Made by a program: the position numbers and the translations under genes. Under the pieces are notes generated by a model. That model worked only from the letters and a program-made list of their open reading frames with translations. It did no database searches and was not told where the DNA came from. DNA of 45,869 nucleotides from the IMG/VR virus record IMGVR_UViG_3300045988_123909; one strand, written 5' to 3'. Below, piece after piece: positions 33,773 through 40,506 of the stretch (its first letter is position 1; every line of letters starts with the position of its first letter). The stretch is from a virus.

Positions 33773-34360
33773 ATGGAAAAGATAATAAGTAATAAGGCGG
33801 CATCCTTTGCCAGCATGGAGCTTGCCAGATATGCGCTGGAACGGGCAGACAAGAGAGCGAGCAGCATACTGGAGCAGTATCGCAAGTCAACCGACCGCAA
33901 CTATACGCTGGCAGGTTTCATCATGACGGTGTTCATGGCACTCACGGCTTTCCTTGCCACGGAAAAGATGACCATGGTGCTGATAGCAATCACTCTCCCT
34001 TTATGGGTAGGAACCGGAACGGCGCTGCTTATCCTATTCTGTAAGGTGATGTGGGTACACGACTTTATGGCGCTGGGAGATGATGCTGCCACGATGCTGA
34101 GAGATGACCTGGTAGACGTGGCCATGAACAAAGGATTGCAGGATGACGATAAGGCAAACGATGAATACCTGCATCATCTCGTAATATCATCCATCAGGCG
34201 TACTCATAACGACACAGAGTATAACCGCGCCTGCCTTAACAGAAGGAACCGATACGTAAAACGAGCGATGACCGCAATCATCGCCTCGGTAATAGTGAGT
34301 GCAACGACTACGGTCATCCTGCTGGCCCTATCTTTTCTTGGGGTTATTCCCATGACTTGA
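33773..34360 (+). CDS. 3-TM membrane protein (195 aa), paralogue 1; possible SLATT-like / superinfection-exclusion-type effector
   Basis: N-terminal helix, two adjacent TMs, a ~70-aa soluble helical region, then a C-terminal TM. One of only four plus-strand genes. Confidence 0.65.
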   Translation: MEKIISNKAASFASMELARYALERADKRASSILEQYRKSTDRNYTLAGFIMTVFMALTAFLATEKMTMVLIAITLPLWVGTGTALLILFCKVMWVHDFMALGDDAATMLRDDLVDVAMNKGLQDDDKANDEYLHHLVISSIRRTHNDTEYNRACLNRRNRYVKRAMTAIIASVIVSATTTVILLALSFLGVIPMT

Positions 34361-34424
34361 AGTGTCCGGATAACTGTTCGGATCTTCTGGCCAACCATCC
34401 TCATTGTAGTTTGGTTTCATAATC

Positions 34425-34550
34425 AATAAAAAGGGCCCGTGCATCCGGAGAGCAGTCCTTCAGCACGAGCCACACAGCTGTATTTCTTTTCACTTGTTAT
34501 GTACAAACTCTGCTCAATCTGCACACAACCTTAGTTTAATGTCATCATTA
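34425..34550 (-). ncRNA. Candidate ~125-nt sRNA or leader: canonical promoter to intrinsic terminator (copy 1)
   Basis: Minus strand has TTTG (34588-34585) - 20 nt - TATCTTTG (34564-34557). No ORF longer than 5 codons. The hairpin 34471-34434 is followed by CTTTTTATT. The unit is convergent with the 195-aa gene. Confidence 0.35.
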
Positions 34551-34624
34551 CGCCTGCAAAGATAGCACTTTTCTCTGGAACCATCAAACATTTTACTGAT
34601 TATTTTCAGAAAACGGCAAGAAAA

Positions 34625-34651
34625 AGCCCCGATGCATCTCGCACCGGGGCT
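34625..34651 (-). terminator. Intrinsic terminator, type B hairpin (copy 1)
   Basis: agccccgatgcatctcgcaccggggct, followed on the minus strand by TTTTTCTT. Downstream of the 83-aa DUF5053-like gene. Confidence 0.65.
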
Positions 34652-34746
34652 GAGTTGAGTTATTGAACATGTTAGCTATGCTAACTGCAATGCGCCACAA
34701 GGCTATGGCGACTTCTGTCTTATGGGGAACGATGGCCCCAGCCTCA

Positions 34747-34998
34747 TTATATCCTGTCCGCAGCCGCACGCAAGCGATTGGAAACATCGCAAAGTGCCCC
34801 GCGGAGCATAACCTTCTCCTCTTCGGTAAAACCGCCTACACCACCATTTCCATCAATACCATCGAGCTTATGATAAAGCCATGATGCTGATTTCCCGAAA
34901 TAGGTATGTGCTATCTCGCGCCATGATACCGTCATCTGGATATCCTGTATGCGCTGCTTTACTGTGCTGTCCTTAGCCTGCTTCATTGTTACTTCCAT
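34747..34998 (-). CDS. DUF5053-like protein (83 aa), paralogue 2
   Basis: YFGKSASWLYHKLDGIDGNGGVGGFTEEEKVMLRGALCDVSNRLRAAADRI. Confidence 0.6.
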   Translation of the reverse strand: MEVTMKQAKDSTVKQRIQDIQMTVSWREIAHTYFGKSASWLYHKLDGIDGNGGVGGFTEEEKVMLRGALCDVSNRLRAAADRI

Positions 34999-35071
34999 AA
35001 TCTTATGCTTTTAGATGCCCTCCACGAAGGGAGGGATTTTGTTAATACTTGGTGTAATGCTCGGGTGGCCG

Positions 35072-35079
35072 CAAAGATA
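35072..35079 (-). promoter_or_regulatory. -7 promoter box (TATCTTTG on minus) for the 83-aa gene
   Basis: Plus strand reads ggccgcaaagata. The downstream box CGGCCACCCGAGCATTACAC partly matches the shared box. Confidence 0.45.
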
Positions 35080-35184
35080 CTACTATTTTTCGTAGTAGCC
35101 AAATATTTAATACGAAAAATCGTAGTATTAACTATGTTTAAGTTTTCTGTATGTGAAAAGGTAGAAAATGAGCGGGAAAAAGTG

Positions 35185-35192
35185 TATCTTTG
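35185..35192 (+). promoter_or_regulatory. -7 promoter box TATCTTTG for the 195-aa membrane protein gene (copy 2)
   Basis: Same conserved block as 33725-33732. Confidence 0.55.
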
Positions 35193-35230
35193 CAGAAAAG
35201 AAATGTTTCACCTATTAATATATATAAGGT

Positions 35231-35818
35231 ATGGAAAAGATAATAACCGGCAAGGTTCGCAAGAACTTGAACGAGCACACAGCCCGCATCATCCTGGAGC
35301 GCTCAGACAGATTGGCAAGCAGCACGCTTGAGCAGCTCCGCAAATCTACCGATCGCGCCTACACCATGACAGGGTTCCTGCTCACGGTGTTCATCGCCCT
35401 CACGGCATTCGTATTCTCCAGCCCGTCTTTATGGCAGCTCTCTACTGCTGTAGTTCTATGGTCAGGCATCTTTATTGCGCTATACATCATGGTAAACCAG
35501 ATTCTGTGGGTTCACCCTTTCAGGCATACAGGCAACGAGCCCAGGAACATGATACAGGAGGAGAACATCGACAGGCTTCTGAAGAATGGACATAACCAGG
35601 AAGAGATGAACGCCATATACTCCGTCAACACCCTGCTCGATGCCATCAGCTATAACCAGGAAATCATCGACCGCAACAGGAGTATTCTTGCCAACCGCTG
35701 CGACCATATAGAAAAAGCGATGACGGTGATCAAGTGTACTGTTATTGTCGCCACCATCATCACCGTCATCTCGTTTCTAGCCTCTGCTCTTGGGATGTAT
35801 CACGGTTCCGCCATTTGA
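35231..35818 (+). CDS. 3-TM membrane protein (195 aa), paralogue 2
   Basis: Same length and topology as 33773..34360. The first 60 aa are 36/60 identical by hand alignment; the rest is much more diverged, though a WVH motif is retained. Confidence 0.65.
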   Translation: MEKIITGKVRKNLNEHTARIILERSDRLASSTLEQLRKSTDRAYTMTGFLLTVFIALTAFVFSSPSLWQLSTAVVLWSGIFIALYIMVNQILWVHPFRHTGNEPRNMIQEENIDRLLKNGHNQEEMNAIYSVNTLLDAISYNQEIIDRNRSILANRCDHIEKAMTVIKCTVIVATIITVISFLASALGMYHGSAI

Positions 35819-35879
35819 GCGGTCGTCTCCACCTCCACGCTGAGGAATCCAGTCGTCATCGTCTGTTGGTTTCATAATC

Positions 35880-36005
35880 ATAAAAAAGGGCTCGTGCATC
35901 CGGAGAGCAGTCCTTCAGCACGAGCCACACAGCTGTATTTCTTTTCACTTGTTATGTACAAACTCTGCTCAATCTGCACACAACCTTAGTTCAATGTCAT
36001 CATTA
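35880..36005 (-). ncRNA. Candidate ~125-nt sRNA or leader (copy 2)
   Basis: TTTG (36043-36040) - 20 nt - TATCTTTG (36019-36012). Perfect 9-bp hairpin 35926-35918 / 35897-35889, followed by CTTTTTTAT on the minus strand. Confidence 0.35.
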
Positions 36006-36080
36006 CGCCTGCAAAGATAGTACTTTTCTCTGAAACCATCAAACATTTTGCTGATTATTTTCAGAAAACAGCAAGAAAAG

Positions 36081-36105
36081 GCCCCGATGCATCTCGCACC
36101 GGGGC
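36081..36105 (-). terminator. Intrinsic terminator, type B hairpin (copy 2); probably ends the lysis operon
   Basis: gccccgatgcatctcgcaccggggc, followed on the minus strand by CTTTTCTT. Confidence 0.6.
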
Positions 36106-36300
36106 TTCCTGATAATTTTGATAACTTTATAAACTTGGAAAACCGTACTCTACAACAAGAATGATAGATTTCCATATGAGAATGAGAACACACGCCTGTG
36201 CAATGTTATAAGATCATATTACTATAACTAATAATCATGAGTATAAAAAAGATACATCTAATATAAAATTCAGCCAAACTATACCTATAAACACTTAAAC

Positions 36301-37104
36301 CTATTTTCTAAACATAATAATCTTGGGATAAGAGAGCCGGGAGTGCGGGTTCTGACTTACCACCTCCATGCGCACACCCTTGGTCCCATAGCGAAAGAAG
36401 AGGAACCTCTTCGGCACACGATGAACAACCATCTGAAGGGTATCGCGACTCTCGATATGCACCTGCATGCTGTCGCCCTCAATTTCGCCCCGCAGGGTTA
36501 TCCATGGATCACTCCAGGAAACCGTCTGCGAGACGTCGGGCGGTCGGCAGGAACCGGAAAGAAGCCGACTGCATGTATCGTGAGGAACCGGCCGGATGGC
36601 TGCCCTCACGTCTACCTGGGTGGTGGTAGAGGTTGTAGCTGCCGCCATGATCCGGCTGTTCTTTATCTTGAGTTCCTTCCTGTTAACGGCAAGGAGAGAG
36701 TCCGGACTGCGTTTCAGATCAGACGTCTTCAACGTGATGGCTGGCACGGAAGCTCTTGGCCTGCCTGACTGCGTGCGGCCTATCTCTACCTTGCCGTTGT
36801 GAAGAAGGATATCCTGATTCTCTTTCGTGCGCTCCGTTTCGCCCCTGAGGTCGTGACACTCCTTGAATGCCACAACCAGGGCGAGCGGAATCAACACTAG
36901 AAAAATAACCTTAATAAAACCTATAAACCTATTCACAACAAAAATAACAACAAATAACAAAAAACACTTAAAACTTATACACACTTCCGCCGGATCGTCT
37001 TGATAATCGAGGTAATGGTGGTGAGGTACGTAGGATCTGTAGCGTACTTGCACCCTACCCCGTCGCATATCTTCTGGGCAAACTTGAACGGGTCCTTGCG
37101 GCAT
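36301..37104 (-). CDS. Membrane-anchored protein downstream of the endolysin (spanin-like lysis accessory candidate); start uncertain
   Basis: 267-codon open frame. The only upstream in-frame ATGs (37104, 37068) lie inside the endolysin 3' end in another frame; a GTG at 36936 is the alternative. Long hydrophobic stretch CFLLFVVIFVVNRFIGFIKVIFLVLIPLALVVAF, then a soluble domain. Confidence 0.4.
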   Translation of the reverse strand: MPQGPVQVCPEDMRRGRVQVRYRSYVPHHHYLDYQDDPAEVCISFKCFLLFVVIFVVNRFIGFIKVIFLVLIPLALVVAFKECHDLRGETERTKENQDILLHNGKVEIGRTQSGRPRASVPAITLKTSDLKRSPDSLLAVNRKELKIKNSRIMAAATTSTTTQVDVRAAIRPVPHDTCSRLLSGSCRPPDVSQTVSWSDPWITLRGEIEGDSMQVHIESRDTLQMVVHRVPKRFLFFRYGTKGVRMEVVSQNPHSRLSYPKIIMFRK

Positions 37105-37496
37105 GGCCAGGCATCCTTATAGCCCGGCTTCTGGAAGAGACGTTCATGTTCCTTCAGGCAGTCGCCTACAGAGTCGAAATCCTTGAAGGCACGCATCACG
37201 GTATAATACCAGAGATTTTTGCCTGCTACCTTGCACACGGATACGATACGGTCTGGCTCCTTGAACTTCTGTTTAGGAGTCTTGAAGTATTCGTGAGTCT
37301 TCACCATGACGATATCTCCGTCCCACTGGCTGCCCTTGGTAATACCGAAGAGGTTAGCCTTACCGATAACCCGCGAACCCCATCCTGTCTCAAGCATCGC
37401 CTGGGCAGTAACGAAGGCAGGATCTATTTCTGTTTTTGCCTCCACGGCCGCAGCATACACCTGACGGGCGAAGGCTAATTGAGTTTTACTTGCCAT
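36975..37496 (-). CDS. Endolysin, GH73 glucosaminidase (FlgJ-like) family
   Basis: Motifs AQAMLETGWGS, NLFGI and YATDPTY. Confidence 0.8.
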   Translation of the reverse strand: MASKTQLAFARQVYAAAVEAKTEIDPAFVTAQAMLETGWGSRVIGKANLFGITKGSQWDGDIVMVKTHEYFKTPKQKFKEPDRIVSVCKVAGKNLWYYTVMRAFKDFDSVGDCLKEHERLFQKPGYKDAWPCRKDPFKFAQKICDGVGCKYATDPTYLTTITSIIKTIRRKCV

Positions 37497-37525
37497 ACCT
37501 TTATATATATTATAATAATGTATAC

Positions 37526-38017
37526 CTATGATGCATCATCGGGCGCATCTTTTTCCGAAAAGTTGATAGGCCCGCCGCCGATGTAATCTCCCTTGTCGTT
37601 AAAGTCCTTCATGCGCTTTACGAAGTTCTTCGGAAATATCGGATATATAGCCTGTATGTTCTCGATAATGGAGAATATCTCGCGTACCATCATGAACACG
37701 CAGATGTAAGTTCCTGTCCATTGCATCGCGCCGACAGTAGAGCCCTCTACGGTGGCATGACTTGCAAAATTACTCAGGATCATCAGGAAGATGTAGATTA
37801 CAATCTTCTTCGTGAACCTGGAGAAGAAGGATTCGCTAGACGCATCCTTGTGGATAAGATGCTTCCATACACCAAGGAAGGTATCGATAGAGATGGCTAT
37901 CGCTATCCACTTGGCAAACTCCCAGTCCTGATACACATACTGGAACCCTTCCGACACAGCCGTCAGAGGGAGCGAGGTGATTGCTATCATCGGTATATTT
38001 CGTTTATATTGTTTCAT
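37526..38017 (-). CDS. Holin (phage_holin_4_1-like)
   Basis: 163 aa with about 4 TM segments. The motif REIFSIIENI matches the E..SI.EN signature. Directly upstream of the endolysin. Confidence 0.75.
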   Translation of the reverse strand: MKQYKRNIPMIAITSLPLTAVSEGFQYVYQDWEFAKWIAIAISIDTFLGVWKHLIHKDASSESFFSRFTKKIVIYIFLMILSNFASHATVEGSTVGAMQWTGTYICVFMMVREIFSIIENIQAIYPIFPKNFVKRMKDFNDKGDYIGGGPINFSEKDAPDDAS

Positions 38018-38048
38018 AACATTTCGGCCTTATGTTTTTTAGACATTG

Positions 38049-38056
38049 CAAAATTA
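38049..38056 (-). promoter_or_regulatory. -7 promoter box (TAATTTTG on minus) for the lysis cassette
   Basis: Plus caaaatta, about 32 nt upstream of the holin ATG. Confidence 0.45.
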
Positions 38057-38084
38057 CACAAATATTCCGGAACCGCAAAGGACG

Positions 38085-38663
38085 CTAGCGCACCATCTGT
38101 CGCGACAGCCGGTGAACATCCAGGATATCTGCGCCTGTGGCTGAAAGCATGAGGGTCCAGCCGTAGCTCTGGAGTTCTGCAGATACGAACGGAATAATCT
38201 CGCAGGTAGTAATACTCTCCCGGTCCATCCAGTAGAGTCCTTCCGTCTCCACATCTGCCATGATACGGGCATGAACCTTCGAAAGCATCTGAAGGGTGCG
38301 GTCGTTTGCTATGACTCGCTCGAGCATATCGGCATGAGCAGATAACTTCATTGCTACAGTTACGGCTATGCGCTGGGTACATTGGAAACTCCTGCGCCCA
38401 TCGCTCTGCATATCCACTTCTCCGTAATCTACGAACAGGAAGGAACCGGTAAGCTTATCGATGCGTTGCTTCAGTTCGTCGAACGACTGGCCGTAAACGT
38501 AGTTCTCTATCTCCGGAACCAGCTCTTTCTCGGGCATCTCCTTGATTGCCTTGAGCACGGTAGCATATTCTTCCATACTGCTCTCGCCCTTGTTGGCAAT
38601 ACCCTTCGTAACTCCTGCAGTAGCAGGAAACTTGGCAAAATATTCGAATAAATCCAATAACAT
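38085..38663 (-). CDS. Hypothetical virion-module protein (192 aa)
   Basis: ORF with ATG start in the structural block downstream of the portal. Confidence 0.5.
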   Translation of the reverse strand: MLLDLFEYFAKFPATAGVTKGIANKGESSMEEYATVLKAIKEMPEKELVPEIENYVYGQSFDELKQRIDKLTGSFLFVDYGEVDMQSDGRRSFQCTQRIAVTVAMKLSAHADMLERVIANDRTLQMLSKVHARIMADVETEGLYWMDRESITTCEIIPFVSAELQSYGWTLMLSATGADILDVHRLSRQMVR

Positions 38664-38708
38664 AGGCTTTTATAATTTTGTCGCAGAGAGGTTGTTTCCC
38701 TGCCTTGG

Positions 38709-39569
38709 TTATATAATCTTTTTAACTATCTCCAGAGGTAGTCCTACCTCGTCTGCTATCTTGGCCAACTCCATGCCGGTAGCCTTCAGGCTCTTTACTC
38801 CCTCGATGGTCTTCTTCCTGAGAATGCGGAGATAGGTAAGCACGTTCAGCTGTTCTACCTGACGGGCATTACCCAGTCCATCCTTGGAGAGATCGTAGAG
38901 CGCATCGGTTGCATCGGTAGTAATACTGCTGCCCTCCTTGGGTATAAACTTGGTGAGCAGGGAAAATTCAGTCTTCGAGAAGAGGAAATTATTTACTGCA
39001 GTAAAGTTTAGAGCTATCGCCCGGAGTGTGTTGACAGGCAGTTTCTTGAACTTCAGAGCGAGTTTCTGCGCCTCTTCCGAGGAATATTCCTTCTTATCGA
39101 AGTAGAGTATCGCAGCCAGCAGAGGAAGACTTTCCTCGCCCATATCGAGCAGCTGGCGCGCCTCGATATACTGAAGGGCCGTGAGCGAACAGGTGAGCGA
39201 CTTGAAATCTGTATTGACCTCATAGCCATAATAGGCTTTCTTGTCGATAAAGATAATCGGCAACTGCTGCCGGCAGAAACAGAGATCGAGCACGAACTTA
39301 TCATCTTTCTCCTGGAAGATGAACGAGAGCTGACTGGCTATAGACATGAAGTTCTCCAGGGTTCGCTCATCGCGCTTAATCTTGTTCAGGTTCCATCCCT
39401 TCATGTAGCAGAGAAACAGACATTTCACAGCACCTGGGGAAAACTGCCCACTCTCCATAAGAGAAAGCAGCTCCACCAGCTTCAGATATTGGTCAGAAGT
39501 GAGTAGTTCCCACGAGTTCGGAATTTCATGTTCTATTCCGTTTGCTCTTACGGTTATCGTCTTTTTCAT
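38709..39569 (-). CDS. Hypothetical protein (286 aa) with possible C-terminal HTH
   Basis: ORF with ATG start. The C-terminus MELAKIADEVGLPLEIVKKII looks HTH-like. Confidence 0.5.
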   Translation of the reverse strand: MKKTITVRANGIEHEIPNSWELLTSDQYLKLVELLSLMESGQFSPGAVKCLFLCYMKGWNLNKIKRDERTLENFMSIASQLSFIFQEKDDKFVLDLCFCRQQLPIIFIDKKAYYGYEVNTDFKSLTCSLTALQYIEARQLLDMGEESLPLLAAILYFDKKEYSSEEAQKLALKFKKLPVNTLRAIALNFTAVNNFLFSKTEFSLLTKFIPKEGSSITTDATDALYDLSKDGLGNARQVEQLNVLTYLRILRKKTIEGVKSLKATGMELAKIADEVGLPLEIVKKII

Positions 39570-39573
39570 AAGC

Positions 39574-40506
39574 TTATGGCATTAAATACATATTGTCGTC
39601 CGGACGGTTCTCGGCAGAGAAGGAAAGAAAATCGTTTCCTTCCTGGGCATCGAGGAGCATATCCACATTATGCAGCAGACCTTCCACTTCCCCGTCTAGC
39701 TGTGTGGCGAGCTGCAGCGCACGGCTTGCCTCGTCGCTGCCTGAGCGAGTGGCGGTATTGTCATCGAAGAGATTGCGGATGGTGGCAGGGAACTCCAGGA
39801 TATCGAATCGTCTGAGAGCCTTCGCCACCGTCTTCTTCACCAGGGCACGCTTCAGCATAGGCAGCGCCTTCTGGGCGAACTCAGCAAACGTCTGGTCTTC
39901 TCCTCCCTGTTCGAGCCGGTCGAAGTAGGCGCCTATGCTTTCATCGAGCACCTCCTTCTGGAGAGGGACGCATCGGAAAAAGAAGAGATACGAGAGGTCG
40001 ATAGGATAAATTTCATCGAATTCATCGGCAGTAACTACCTTCAGCTTGCTGAGCATCTTGTAGTAATTGGTCTTGCGCCAGTCTTCCATGGCAAGACGGA
40101 TATCGGAAGGATCATCGGCACTTATCTCTTCAGTAAGTTCGGAAATCAGCGAATCCATCGCATTAAAGTAGTTCTCCATATAGGAGCGCTTCATGCCTTC
40201 CATCTCGTACTTGTAGAGATTGATATCGTTCTTCCTTCGGTTCACGGCATCGAAGATAATCTGAGTAGCTAGCGTAAGGTTCGCCATGGCAGCACGGAGA
40301 AAATCCTTGATGCCACTCTCTTCTTCCTCGATACCGACAATATCTGAGAACGTATTGTTGCCGATGATGGCAACAATACGTTTGCGCGCAGCTACGGCAG
40401 AGCCTTGAAGGCTGTCGAAGTCGGCGCTTGTATCTGCACCAGGTGCGCAGTTGCAGAACTGCGCATAACTGGTGAAGAGATTATTGAGTTGAAATTTCTT
40501 GTTCAT
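39574..40506 (-). CDS. Hypothetical virion-module protein (310 aa)
   Basis: ORF whose ATG overlaps the portal stop (ATGA-type coupling). Confidence 0.5.
   Translation of the reverse strand: MNKKFQLNNLFTSYAQFCNCAPGADTSADFDSLQGSAVAARKRIVAIIGNNTFSDIVGIEEEESGIKDFLRAAMANLTLATQIIFDAVNRRKNDINLYKYEMEGMKRSYMENYFNAMDSLISELTEEISADDPSDIRLAMEDWRKTNYYKMLSKLKVVTADEFDEIYPIDLSYLFFFRCVPLQKEVLDESIGAYFDRLEQGGEDQTFAEFAQKALPMLKRALVKKTVAKALRRFDILEFPATIRNLFDDNTATRSGSDEASRALQLATQLDGEVEGLLHNVDMLLDAQEGNDFLSFSAENRPDDNMYLMP

Larger units (their letters stand above)
34411..34655. repeat. ~245-bp direct repeat, copy 1 (copy 2 at 35866..36110), nearly identical
   Basis: Read side by side: only a handful of substitutions plus a 1-nt length difference. 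Contains a hairpin, a minus-strand promoter and the type B terminator. Confidence 0.85.

Noticed and set aside
34593-34884. Overlapping 64-aa (minus) and 73-aa (plus) ORFs; similarly a 74-aa ORF at 35969..36193
   Set aside because: They run across terminator hairpins and promoter boxes. The segment near 34670-34690 shares 15 nt (TTGCAGTTAGCATAG) with the 3' end of the 133-aa paralogue, so it looks like a decayed remnant of the duplicated gene end rather than a gene.
36343-36768. 141-aa plus-strand ORF opposite the spanin-like gene
   Set aside because: It is fully contained in the longer 267-codon minus frame, which continues the lysis cassette. It has no promoter box and an Arg/Gly/His-rich shadow composition.
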